Counted from the whole stretch's first letter, positions 50,038 through 62,890 are shown. The stretch is DNA of 63,473 nucleotides, filler included, from Hyphochytrium catenoides (GCA_900088475.1; 9 parts of 9 records of this genome joined end to end with filler, not necessarily neighbours in it), one strand, 5' to 3'. The notes: a model not told the origin generated them from the letters alone. Program-made: numbers and translations.

Positions 50038-50220
50038 NNNNNNNNNNNNNNNNNNNNNNNNNNNNNNNNNNNNNNNNNNNNAGAGAGAGAGAGAGAGAGA
50101 GAGTCACAGAGACCACGATTAGATAACGGAGAATAGTGCAGAAGCGATGATCAAGCGTTTGGCATCGACCACAGAGAGCGACCAACCTCTTGACTTAGCT
50201 CTTGACTTGCTGGCTCCCAT
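45651..50220 (-). CDS. N-myristoylated atypical Ras-superfamily GTPase domain fused to a long C-terminal region with TPR-like segments, multi-exon
   Basis: Exon 50187-50220 MGASKSRAKSR; 49651-49842 KVVLLGGDRVGKS (G1); 48863-49100 IWDIP...IIIVGNKVD (G3/G4); 47859-48545 FSCSAK (G5) onward; 47502-47630 ELHLKIAECHFQLG; last exon ends RLFPI* at 45651. The 3' exon joins are less certain. Confidence 0.75.
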
Positions 50221-50600
50221 CCTTCCGCCGTCAGGCTCCAGAGTGTTAACAAGGCCTTTAGGGTCCTAGAAGCCCAAGTGAAAGAGCTGCGGCGGGTCAT
50301 GCCCTCGCCTCCATCTCTCTGTGCTTTCCCAGCCGCTTCTAAGGACTGGGCCTGGCACTCGACGGCCACCCCGACCTTTCTTGCCTCTGATTAGGTTTCT
50401 CTCTCTTCTCTCGCGGTCTGTCTTGGTGCTTGCACTCTCATCCTCTTTGCTTCTCTTGGGCTTGCTATTCTCTGGTCATGCCCTCCATTGCTCTCTCCCC
50501 TTCTCCTCTCTCTCTTTTTCCCTCTTTTCTCTCTGTTCTCTCTGTCTCTCTGTCTCTGTCTCTCTGTCTCTCTGTCTCTCTCTGTCTCTCTGTCTCTCTG

Positions 50601-50631
<31 letters not shown>

Positions 50632-51576
50632 TTCGTCTTCAAGCCATCATCAAACAGCTCAACGTACGCAACGGCTACTTCTGTAACGCCACTATTGGAC
50701 GGAAGAGCCAGAGTCTCTGCAGGTTGTTGGAGCAAAAAGATCGCGCCATCGACAAAAACCTTTGACCGATAACTAGAAGCGCTGTTGGCCGAGAAGTTTT
50801 TTACTGTACAATGGCTGGGAAGAGACAGACAAGAGGAGCGCTGGGGCGGTTGTTCAGTTTAACACCCAATCTCTGTAACAACCTATATATTATTGTATGG
50901 CGTNNNNNNNNNNNNNNNNNNNNNNNNNNNNNNNNNNNNNNNNNNNNTTAATTAATTAANNNNNNNNNNNNNNNNNNNNNNNNNNNNNNNNNNNNNNNNN
51001 NNNCATGTGTTTCTTTGGTCCGGCGCTCATTATGTCTCTCTCTCTTTTTCTCGTCTCTCTCTCTCTGTTTCTCTTGTCTCCGATGCCAAGATAAATAAAA
51101 TCTGTTACATTCAATGGACACATGTGTTTCCTTGGCCCGGCGCTCACGATGTCTCTCTCTCTGTCTTCTCTCGTCAGAGCCACGCTGCTCTGTCTTCTCT
51201 CTCTTCTACTACAGCTTCCAGGCTATTTCTCGGTTGCTTTTCCGTCTCTCTACGTGCACTTGTCTTTTCCCACTGAACAGTAAGAGAAGAGAGGCTCGAG
51301 CTAGACTGCCTCTCTCTCTCTTCTTCTCTTTCTTCCTCTCTCTCTCTCTCTCTCCAATATCGCGGCCAAAGTATTGTACCTTCTCCTATTAAAAACACCG
51401 CGCCTCACCTGTAGAGAGAAGAGGAGTTCTCCTCTTGTATGGAGAGTGAGAGAGAGAGAGAAAGAATGGCGGGGAGAGAGGGACAAAAAGAGAGAGAGAG
51501 AGAGAGAAAGAGACAGTGAGAGAGAAACGAGTAGCGTTATCATTGTGTTCTATAATTTTCTCCCGTCTAATGTTAT

Positions 51577-51720
51577 CTATGGCTTCACTTGGTCCAGGGC
51601 TTGCCTCAAGTCTGCGATGATGTCCTGCGCGCTCTCCAGCCCCACAGAGAGACGGAGGAGGTCCCACGGAGTCGTTGTCCCCTCACTTTCAGCAGAGGCG
51701 CGGTGCTCAATGAGCGTCTC

Positions 51721-51763
<43 letters not shown>

Positions 51764-52207
51764 TAAAGAGAGAGAGAAAGAGGATAACAGGAACAAGGTA
51801 AGCAGAAATCGATAGGGAAAGCGCGAAAAGAGAGACACGGACACGGACAAAATCACGCAGACAGACGAGAGAGAGGTCGGGAGAGAGAGAGAGAGATGTG
51901 TGTGTGTGAGAGAGAGAGAGAGAGGGAAAGAGAGAGAGAGGGAAAGNNNNNNNNNNNNNNNNNNNNNNNNNNNNNNNNNNAGAGAGAGAGAGAGAGAACG
52001 AGAAAAAGAGAAGGACAGAGAGAGGGAGAGACGACGAAGGGAGTGAGAGAAAGAGAGGCTAAGCAATAGGCGAGGAGGTGAGGCCCCAGAAGAAAGATAG
52101 GGAGAAACGGTTAGGTAAGAGCAACCAAGAGTGTGACGGTGAGAACGGAAAAATATGGGAAACAGACCGTAGATATGGAGACAAAAAGGGAGAGAGAGAG
52201 AGAGAGC

Positions 52208-52245
<38 letters not shown>

Positions 52246-53282
52246 GAAAGGGAGAGACAGGACAGGAAGAGAGAAGGACCTGTGCCGCCCAAGCTGGTGG
52301 CTCGCTTTATGAGCTTCAAACTCTCATGAACGCGAAGCGCTGCTTCCTTCCCGCCACGGACACGGAAGGAAAGCATTCCTCCAAACCTAGGGATGAGAAA
52401 GAGAGAAAGAGAGAGAGAAAGAGGCTAAGAAACGAAGCGAATCTCGTCGAGAAACCCAACGGCAAGCGGCAAAGAATAACAAAAGAAGAGAGAGAAAGAG
52501 AGAGAGAGAGAGAGACAAAGAGAGAGAACAAGAGAAAGAGAGAGAGAGAACAAGAGAAAGANNNNNNNNNNNNNNNNNNNNNNNNNNNNNNNNNNNNNNN
52601 NNNNNNNNNNNNNNNNNNNNNNNNNNNNNNNNNNNNNNNNNNNNNNNNNNNNNNNNNNNNNNNNNNNNNNNNNNNNNNNNNNNNNNNNNNNNNNNNNNNN
52701 NNNNNNNNNNNNNNNNNNNNNNNNNNNNNNNNNNNNNNNNNNNNNNNNNNNNNNNNNNNNNNNNNNNNNNNNNNNNNNNNNNNNNNNNNNNNNNNNNNNN
52801 NNNNNNNNNNNNNNNNNNNNNNNNNNNNNNNNNNNNNNNNNNNNNNNNNNNNNNNNNNNNNNNNNNNNNNNNNNNNNNAAACGGCAATAATGAATAACAA
52901 AACAAGTTAAAGAGAGGGAGAGAGAGAGAGAAGGGAGAGAGAGAGAGAGAAGGGAGAGAGGGAGAGAGAGAGAACAAGAGAAAGAGAGAGGGAGAAAGGC
53001 GGTTGGAGGTGGAAGACAGAGGGGGAGAGAGAGAGAGGGAGAGGGGAAGAATTATCGCTCACTTCTTATTCATCTGTCTGGCTGCTATCTCATGCCCTGC
53101 GTGAGAAGGGAGACCAGGGTAAAATGTATGGGAGACAGAAGGATAGCGAGAGAGAAACTCCGCCACTTCCTGCGCATTCTCACAATGGACTCTGTGGACA
53201 GAAGAGGAGAGAGGGGCTGTGCATGAGAGAGAGAGAGAATAAGAGAGAGAGTGGGAAAGAGAGAGAGGGAAAGAGAGAGAGA

Positions 53283-53348
<66 letters not shown>

Positions 53349-53888
53349 AGAGACAAGCACCAGAGACTAACAAGCACCAGCTAACGATCAAAAGGCAAGG
53401 CAAATCTTAGCAAGAAAGAGTAAGGAACGATGAAAAAAAATCCATAGAAAGGGGAAAGAGGAAGCGAGAGAGAAAGAGACAGGGAAGAAGAAAGAGAGGA
53501 GCAATGAGCGAAAGAGAGCAATGGATGAAGAGAGAAAGAGCCGACCGAACCCAAAAGAGACAAAGCAAGGGCCAGAGTGGATAATGAAAACNNNNNNNNN
53601 NNNNNNNNNNNNNNNNNNNNNNNNNNNGCCAGCAGTCGAAGGGAGACATCACCGCCCCGCAGTACACCTGGAGAGAGCAGGAGAGACACGGAGAGAGATT
53701 GAGAGATAGTCAGAAGAAAGACTGTATAACATCAATAGTGAGGCTGCCAACAAAGAATTTGAACAGGAGCGGCAGATAGAATAAGAGACTGAAGAAGATG
53801 TAAGGGACGGAACAATGAGAAAGGGAGAGAGAAAAGAGAAAGCGGGAGAGGAGCGAAAAGAAAGAAATCCGGTGAGAGAACAGCAAAT

Positions 53889-53921
<33 letters not shown>

Positions 53922-55839
53922 GGAGAGAGAGAGAGAGANNNNNNNNNNNNNNTCCTCCCACCAAGTCAGAGTGGCCGCCAAAGTACTTGGTGCAGCTGTG
54001 CATCTGAACGCGAGAAGAGAGAGGGAGAGAGTGAAGAGAGAGAGGCATAAGACGTGGAAGAGAAGAAGGAAGAGCAAGAACGGGAGGGAGAGAGAGAGAA
54101 AGGAACAGGCCAGACAGGAACCATGAGGCAATGTGAAGACGAGCAGCAGGCCAAAGAGACCAACAGAAGAGAGAGATGAAATCACCGAGAGAAATAACAA
54201 AGAGTAAATGACGAAAGACAAAGCAAAGAGACAAACGCCATTGAAAGAGGCCATCTAAGAGTTCAAAGCGGTAGAAAGCAGGCACAGAAGAGGAAACAGC
54301 CTACGACAGAACAACTACAAAGAGGAAAGAGAAGAGAGAGAGAAGGTAAGAGAGAACAGAGATACGAGAGAAAGAGAGAAGAGGCAAGAGAGAGAGGGAG
54401 AGGGAGAGGAAGCGGCAAGGAGAGAGACACTGTCTTACCACAAGGTCTGCGCCGACTGTGAAGGGCTGGTAGATAAAAGGCGTGCAGAAGGTGGCGTCGA
54501 CCACTGTCACCGCATTGTTAGCCTTCGCTATAGCGCTGCCCAGAGACAGAAACAGAGAAATGACAAAAGAGAAAGGTCAGCCTCAAAGAATATATATATA
54601 TAATAGAGAGAGAGAGAGAGAGAGACCAACTCTCTTGGCTATGATATGCAGGTCTCCTGTCAACTTGTGAAGCTTCAGTCCTGTTCTGCCTATATTTTTA
54701 CAGTCCCTTTACTTCTCTCCCTGTCTGAGACCTATCTTCTTAAATACTCTCTCTCCGCCTTAATACTCTCTCTCTCTCTTCTTTCTCTTCCTCTTTCTCT
54801 CTCTCTCTTGCCTAAAGTCTTACCTAACTGCCTGCACATCTGCGACTTTGAGCATCGGATTCGAGGGAGACTCCAACCAGACCAACACCGGGCCACTGAA
54901 GTCTAAGAGATTAGAAAGCCAGATTATGTGAGAGAACCAAAGTGAAGAGCACCCCAAAGAGAGAGAGAGCGCAGGGAAGAGAATGACCGAGAGACAGCAA
55001 ATTGGAGAAAGAAAGCCAGAAGATAACCGGCAAAAAGACGGAGAGGACGCTCTCTCCGAGCAGGAGAGACTGCCGCAAAGGTACATCAGCAAAAGCAAAG
55101 AGACCTCACATGCGTGAAACAACCGCGTAACCAGTGAGAAACTATCTTTGGCTTGCTCTCTTTGCTCAATATACTCTGTCTCTCTCTCTTTGTCTTCTCT
55201 CTCTTTTCCTTTCTCTCTCTCTTTCCTTTCTCTCTCTCTTTCCTCTCTCTCTCTCTGGTGCTCTTACCCTTCCTGGCCGCTTCAACCTTCCTCTGGACCT
55301 GGTCTAGGTCTCCCATGTGGACTCTCTCCATCTGCAGTCCCCAAGCCTTGAACGTGGTTCCCATGATCAGGTGCACGGCGTGATAGCAGTCATCAGACAG
55401 AATCACGCGCCCGCCAGGACAAGCTTGAAGGATGGCCGTCGCGGCTGCCATGCCTGACCTGCAGGAGAGAAAGAGAGAGAGAGAGAGAAGAGCAAAAGAG
55501 AGAGAGAAAGAGAGAAAGAAGAGAGAAAGAGAGAGAGAGAGAGAAAAGGAGTGATTCAGAAAATGAATAGAGAGAGGTGAAAGGGGAAGAAACAAACTTG
55601 GGAGAGAGAGAGAGAAGGAGGTATTGAAGGATGATTTGGACGGATCAGAGAGAGAGAGAGTGGAGGGAGACTGACTGCGAGAGAGGGGAGAGAGAGTATA
55701 CTAGAAGAGAGAAACGAAAGAAAAAAGTGGAAGGTGGACGGCTTAAGGAGTGGACAAAAAGAACTAAAGAAAGAGACGGAAGGAAAGAGAAGAATGAGAT
55801 AAGGAAAGGGAACGGGAGTGAGGACATTGGGAAAGTAAC

Positions 55840-55872
<33 letters not shown>

Positions 55873-56097
55873 ACTGAGAAGGAGAGAAAATGCTAACCCA
55901 AAAGCTGCCGCTCCCTTCCCTCCCTCCAGAGCGGCGACGGTCTGCTCGAGCAAGTCTCTGGTGGGATTGTTGATCCGGCCATAGATGTAGCCGCGACGGT
56001 ACTCCAGATCCACGTCCCGCTCGTAGGTGGAGGCCAGGGTGATGGACGGGGTTAGGGCGCCTAATGTATGGAGGAGAAGAGAGAGAGAGAGATAGGG

Positions 56098-56157
<60 letters not shown>

Positions 56158-56961
56158 AGAGAGAGTAGAAGTAGGTAGAAGAAACGAGTAAGCATGAGGA
56201 TTTGAGATAATAGAGGAAAAGACGAAAGACAGCAGGAGGGCACTCAACAAGGGACGGAAAGGCCAAGAGGAAGGCAACCCAAAAAAGAGAGGGAGAGAGA
56301 GAGAGACAAGGACGGAGAGAGACAGAGAGAGAAGAAGGGGGGAGGAGGGAGAGGGACACAGAGAGAAAGGGGAGAGAGACACAGAGAGAGAGAGACAGAG
56401 AGAGAGAAAGAGAGAGAGAGAGACGGTAACAAGACAAGAGAACAGGGAGAAAGAGAGACACCTGTATCTTTCTCGACCTCGCAACCTGCCTGCGCTAGCT
56501 TTGTTTGAATGTCATACTTGCTCTTGTCGCCGATCGTAACGATGGAGCGACCCAGGGACCTCAGAGAGACAGAGCTCCCAGCTGCTTGCCGACGGAGAAA
56601 GAGAGAGGGCTAAGCACTTTGTAACCGCGGGGAGAGAAACAATTTGAAGAGAGAAAAGAGAAACAGGGGCCAAGAGAGAGAAATAAGGCGAAAGAAAGAG
56701 GGAGACATACAGACCCAGGGTGAGGGAAAAAGAGAGAAATGAGGCGAGAGAAAGAGGGGGAGACAGAAAAGAGGGAGACACAAAGGCCCACGGAGCGGGC
56801 AAAAGAGAGAAATAGGGCGAGAGAAAGAGACAGGGAAGAGGGAAGACACATAGATACGCGCAAGGTGCATGCGAAAGAGGGAACTACGGACCTCTTGGAA
56901 GTCGTGGGAGAACTGACTCGGCAGCCAAAGTCACCAGTGGAGTCACTCGTCGGACTGACAT
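51577..56961 (-). CDS. PLP-dependent transsulfuration enzyme (cystathionine gamma-synthase/lyase family), at least 11 exons, partly in N gaps
   Basis: Spliced motifs TKLAQAG..DTGALTPSITLASTY, YIYGRINNPT, FGSGMAA, WLESPSNP, VVDATF, MHSCTKYFGGHSD (PLP Lys), SPFDCW, FYPGLPSH, FGGMLSF, ATSLGGTETLIEH and LLRLSVGLE. ATG at 56961, TAG at 51577. Confidence 0.93.
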
Positions 56962-57151
56962 GGTGATATTCTTGTTAAAGGGAGAGAGTGAGAGAGAGAC
57001 AGAAAGAAAGAGAGAGAGACAGAGAGTCACCAGCAGCGGCCGTGAGGACTGNNNNNNNNNNNNNNNNNNNNNNNNNNNNNNNNNNNNNNNNNNNNTTAAT
57101 TAATTAANNNNNNNNNNNNNNNNNNNNNNNNNNNNNNNNNNNNNNNNNNNN

Positions 57152-57312
57152 TCCGGGGGTACGATTTACTACCTGTGAACAGACAGACAGACAGACAGAC
57201 AGCAAGAAAGACAGACAGACAGACGCGGACGAACAAATCGGAAAAAAATTCTGCACCGCCTGACGCAAAAACCTAAACGAAAAAGCTTCGCCCTTCGGGC
57301 TCGCCAATAAAG
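57152..57312 (+). mobile_element. possible 3' end of a non-autonomous Helentron/Helitron-like element
   Basis: (GACA)n tract followed by a GCCC-TTC-GGGC hairpin and an A-rich end, at a contig start. Confidence 0.3.
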
Positions 57313-60144
57313 AAGTTACGATTAGAAGGACAAGAAGAAGAACATGGAGAAGACAAAGGGGAAGAAGTCAGGAAGCAGAAGAGGAAGATGGAAAAGAGGG
57401 GGGAAGGTAGCTGCAGAGAAACAAGAAGAAGAGAGCAGCGCAGGTTGATGTCTGTGATGGTTGATGGGTCATGACCGTCATGAGGAAAAAGAAGCACCAC
57501 AAGTTAAGGACAGCATTCAAAATTCTGAGTAGGTAGTTCTACAGGCAATATTCGTGGTGAGAGGATGAAAGGAGAGTTATAATAGCACGATTGCTCCATA
57601 TTCCCATTGATTGTTGGTTGGCGGTAGTAGGTGCTCGCTGTAGGAACTAGCTAGTAGTAGGTAGGGAGGTAGACAGTAAGGTGGCCTCTCGTTTCTGTGC
57701 AGTGTGAAAAGACCAAACACCAGACCTATAGTGGAGTATGATGAATGAAACGCTACTGTATGGTTTTCTTAGCGTCTGCTGGCACCAAAAAAGAAGGGAG
57801 GAACTAGCCACTTCACTCGCTGCTGGGCCTTCTTTATTATCACGGCCTTGAGGGAGGAGGAGCTGACAGCCCTGAGACACCACGACGCAGAAAAGGAAAC
57901 AAGAAAGGGAGAAGAATGGAGGAGACATGGAAGAAAAACAAGATGGTGGAGAGGGGCTCTTCCTGAAGAAGCAAACGAGGTAGCTATAGCAGAAGAAAGA
58001 AGCAGTAGTAGGCACTGCAACAACAGGGCAGGCTCAAAAATGGTAGAAGCAACCTGAACACCACCACCATCACCAAAGAATGAGGACTAAAAAGGAATAA
58101 AGGCGCCAAAGTAACTTACTGTTACGTTCGATAGACCTTGGAAAATGGGGCTGAGCTTCCTATCTAGCAAGATAGTTCGTCACGCGGCAAGCAAAACCCA
58201 AGTACTCATAATAGCGGATTGTAGAAGCAGCAATCGGTTTATTTAGAAAAGTATGCTTTGAACAACAACGCAACAAGAGATAGACAAACCCATCTCATAC
58301 GAAAGAGAGCAGACAAAGAATTCACCAAATTGGCGGCAGCAGCGGCGCCTTCTGTCGTCCAGGAACTGCTGTTTGTGAGAAGACGTCGTCCATATATCTA
58401 CCATTAATAAAGTTCTACAGGCGTTCAGCAGGAGGCAAACCACGCAACAAGGGATCGTCTTCTTTTCTTCTTCTTGTCACTTTTCTCCTTCATCACTATT
58501 TTTTTTCTGGGTCGTCCTCCTCCTCTTCATACCACACCCAACATCAAGAGACACTGCTCATCTTTCACACTATAAAGGCAGTGCCTGGCCCACCGACCTT
58601 TATCAAAATATCGAGAATAATAAGCGGACTAATGATAACGTGGAGAGAGCAACATAGATCCTCCGTCCGTGGTACGCGATACCGCTGTACAAGTTGTCGC
58701 CTTTCCTGGTAACTAACCCTGTACCAACCAATATTTGACCCCAGCTACTATCGTTCCTGTCATTATTAGCGGCAGGACCCCGTAGCAGGCCTTATTACTC
58801 GCCACCAGTGGTGAAGAAGAAGAAGAGCATCAGCCACAAAAAAAGGAAGAAGAAAGGAGGAGCATCAGCATCGGACCTGTCTGTTTGAGTTACGGACCCT
58901 ACTAGTAGCTTTTATCATCGCCACATAATAATAAGGGAAGGGCCTTCATTTCAAGATTTCTTCTTCTCCTCTGGGGCAGCAGGTCGGTGGTACAGCAGGT
59001 GCTCTGTCAAGCAGCCTTGCTTATCTATCATGGACAATCTAAGAAGCTGATTACTCTTATAAACTTCCGGGTGTTAGAAAGCACTATAACTACGCTGATC
59101 AGCGGTGTTTCGTCTGTAAGAAAGAGAATCTTCTTGATGATGATTTTTGGAGAAAGTCTGTCTCCTTGTTTTCGACATCGTAGAGTTTGACATGCACAAT
59201 GATGACGACAAATTCTCTCACAAAGGACGTGACAAAGGGACAAGAAGAAGAGTGGTAACGGAAACATCAGTGACTCGCAAGCGAGTAATGAGAGTCACTC
59301 TAATGCGATGTTATAGCTAGGGATAGAATGAGTAAGTGAACACACGAGATACAAAGCTAGCGAGACAGAGTGCAAACGAAAGAGCTAGGAATGTGGCCGA
59401 TCATCATAGAACAACTAGAACCAGTGGAGGGCCACAACATAGAGGCTACCCCAAGAGCCAGTAGACTTAAAGACAGAATCGGTCGAGGTACGAAAGTCTC
59501 TAATACCAGTAGGGTTAGTGCCAAGAAAGAGTCCACGTTAGATAGGGTCACCTCCATATAAACCGATAAATGAAGACAATCATTCCTATGAGCTCACCCT
59601 ACTATCTTGCCAGGAGAGGGGGATTAAGGATTGTTGGTCGGTAGTCAGGATATTACTATGTCTGAGTCTAAAGCTGTCGGTTTCCCTTCAGGTCGTCATT
59701 CTCTCTATAGAGTATCGCAGACTGACCTGACCCATCACTAGAACTTCTTAATAACCTGTCCTGCACACTCACTCGGTCATTCAGCTACGCTCATCAACAA
59801 ACATCATCTTCTTGCTTCTTCTGAAGGTCTTCTCCACTCATACCTCGAGACCACTCCTGCTGGGATCATCTCATAGCTTTGATTGTGAGGGAGGTTGTCT
59901 CTCGAGTTCCGGGCTCAGCTTCTTCCATCAACCGTCTTCTTCTATGACGATCCACCGCTGCTTTCATTCAGTAATCAAGTTTCTTTGACTGGCGAGCGGG
60001 ATCATTCATTAGTCAACTTTCCTTGACTTGCGAGCAGGATATTGAGACGGCTCTTTCCCCCTTGGTGTCCTACAATCAAGCATACACAGAGTGATTTTTA
60101 TAGAATCTCCACCACGTGTCTACATCAAACACTCGCAGCAAGCC

Positions 60145-61184
60145 ATGGTCTTAGGTCCGAGAGAACGCAAGGGCTTTAGCCTAGAGGGAGAGGAAGACAC
60201 TGATGGTAAGTAAGCGACCTCTCAATAAATAACTGAGCTCTAAATGATCAAGACTTATGTCTGGACAAATCTATTCTTACCTCACACGTTCCACTCACTT
60301 CTTTAGGCAACCTTAGTGCAGTGGCTGAAGTGCCCCTGATTGTGAAGGAAGAAGAAGCTAAGGTCAGCACTTTAAAACCCTCAGCCATTCTCCTAGGCCA
60401 GGAGACAGAGACAAACGGAGATGGTGAAGATGGAGACCAACGGATGTGGACTTTCTCCTTTGGCTCCAACATGCTTAGCGATGTCTTAGAAAAAAGGCGC
60501 GGATTAAGGCCGAGAAAGACGGTAGTTGGAAGAGTTCGGGGTTATGAGTTCTCGTTGAACTATCCTGGAATGGCCTTTCTGGAACCAGCTTTCGCTACTA
60601 TAGTCAAGGCTCCTTCGTCTGACATTTGCGTGTGGGGCACTGCCTATGAGATTTCGAAAAAAGAGATGCAAATGATCATTCGGACAGAAGGCCCAGAGTA
60701 CCACGTCATAGAAGTGGAGGTGGAAGTGGTGGATGCTAATGGCGAGATTACGCAAAGACTGAAGGCAAGCTCTCTCTCCTCTCCAAAGGAAACGCTGAGC
60801 AGATTTCCTCTCCTATGGTCGGGCAGGTATAGGGATCTGGTTCTTCGCGGAGCTAAAGAGAAACAACTTCCACCTCATTACATTGCTTATCTGGAATCCT
60901 TCCCGGCTTATCAACGCTCTAAAGTTGAAACAGCCGTGCTTGCGGGCCTGGTGGTGGTACTCTTCCCGTTTCTGCTCCCCCTTCTTTTCTTAAGGGTATG
61001 GATTCAGCATCTTCCTCACGCCGTCACACGTGGCCTTATGCGCATCGTCTCTCTTCTCAAGCCAATCCTGTGGGCTGCGGAGAGTGCCATACCGGGTCGA
61101 TGGAGAGGGTATCCCCCGCATGAGGAAGAGACGAAACGACGAGCAGGGAGACCGGGGGAGTGGTTTTCATCATTCTATCGGTAG
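60145..61184 (+). CDS. gamma-glutamylcyclotransferase (GGCT/GliK-like) with C-terminal hydrophobic segment, 2 exons (60145-60205, 60307-61184)
   Basis: WTFSFGSNM, GMAFLEPAFATI, VWGTAYEI...IRTEG..Y and YRDLVLRGAKE..LP..YI.YL motifs. A phase-1 GTAAG...TTTAG intron supplies a real ATG. Confidence 0.85.
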
Positions 61185-62338
61185 AAAAAGTGGCTGCGTT
61201 GGATGGCGATGGCATGGTCCTTGGGCTCATCATCATTTATTATTCTCATGGGCAACTCTCGCCTTCCGTCTCTTTTAGCTGGGCAGGGTTGAATCCCCGC
61301 GCGCATTATTATCTGGTCGACCTCTTACCATTAACGGAGGCACTACCATCAACGGATGCACTTGTGTCTAGTAGTATTAGTGTTGACTCCTTCGAAATCT
61401 TTGTGCCGCAGCGTACTCACTTTCTCCTCATTCACTGCTCCTACGAACCATCTTTGTGGATGGCTCAAAGAAGCATTACTGACTATTATTATCATCACCT
61501 TCATTAGGCATCATATATCTTCAGCATGCGTCAGGTTTCTACCCAGCAGATCACTGCCTTATGCTTTCACTAACGCTGCTCCCAATGAACTATCAAAGAT
61601 ACATCATGATGATCAGTGCATCCTCTTGCTATAACTACTCCTCCTCCTCGTATCATTGCCCGATGCTTTCATTAAGACTGCCTGCTGTCAACGAAGTAAC
61701 CACAGAGGCATAGTGATCCCTTGCCCTGGTGGTAGTAGGGCACCAAGCACGACACCATCATCATTATCTTACTGCTGGACAATGTTGAAGAGGATCTCCT
61801 TCTTGTTCAACATCTGCATCCTCCGTTCTTCTTTCCTTCTTCTGCACTCACCTGCCGTTTGGGTTCTGGCAACTGAATCCAGAATAAGCTCCAATATTAC
61901 CACAAATGCCATAAGCTCTGCCTAATAGTGATAGCTATATTCAGAATCCCACGTTGATGAAGTGGACTGATTGGGTGGGAGTCCTTTCAACTCTTTTGTT
62001 CATAATAGTCCTCCTGGTTATTAGTTCTATGACCTTGATGGCGAGGCCTACATTAGTAGAACCTTCTTGCCATGGATGAGGCAGAAGCAGAACCTGCGGC
62101 CAACAAGCTGCTATTCTCCAGCGTGACACAAGGCGGACAGCTGAACGATGGAGTGAGCCGAGCACCACCACTTGCCAAGCAATACTTGCTCTTGTCTTCA
62201 AGCTGCTGCAGGGATGATCCCTGTTGGCTGAGGTCTTCGTCCTTCCCGTCGTTAGCTATCGCCTGGGAGGGTATCAGGATCGAGGGTACGTTTCCACGCT
62301 TCATCTCTCACTAGAGTTGCACCCACGTAGTAAAGAGA

Positions 62339-62890
62339 ATGCCCCCATCGCACACGAGTATGAAGGTCGACGCAACAGATCCCGGTTACTACGTTGAGAA
62401 AGCCAACCCAGAGGAGGCTGACATACTCTTTGAGGTGGTAAACCAAGCTTACGATGTCGAGCTTCAGGAAGAGGGAGGAGCTTTCAAAAAGGAACGACGA
62501 TTCAAGAAGAAGGGCGACTACTTTTACGATTGCTTGGCTAAGCTTTGGGTACTAAAACGAGAAGAAGACGGTCAAATTCTTGGATGTGTGGGAATCACTA
62601 AAGATGAAGGGTCAGGGGCCATAGAAGTAGGGCCTTTGGCCGTCGCCCAAGGCCATCAGCGGCAAGGTCATGGAGACAGGCTGATGGGATGGGCGGAGCG
62701 CATGGCGGAGGAAGGAGCCCTTGTGCATCTGCAAGTTGTCTCTTGCCGTTTGGATGTAATTCGTTTTTATCAGAGGCGCGGGTATAGGATTGTGAAGACT
62801 GTGCCCGTCGTCGACGTAATCCCTCCTGCGCATCTCACTAGGACTGATCTGCAGATGCATCAAATGACCAAGCAGAAAAGCTCCAGTTGA
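62339..62890 (+). CDS. GNAT-family N-acetyltransferase, intronless
   Basis: VVNQAY, ILGCVGI, acetyl-CoA motif A GPLAVAQGHQRQGHG, and FYQRRGY. Confidence 0.88.
   Translation: MPPSHTSMKVDATDPGYYVEKANPEEADILFEVVNQAYDVELQEEGGAFKKERRFKKKGDYFYDCLAKLWVLKREEDGQILGCVGITKDEGSGAIEVGPLAVAQGHQRQGHGDRLMGWAERMAEEGALVHLQVVSCRLDVIRFYQRRGYRIVKTVPVVDVIPPAHLTRTDLQMHQMTKQKSSS

Noticed and set aside
23241-56990. Numerous long LSLS/ERER ORFs in the track
   Set aside because: Translations of (CT)n/(AG)n microsatellite that lacks stop codons; they overlap introns of reconstructed genes.
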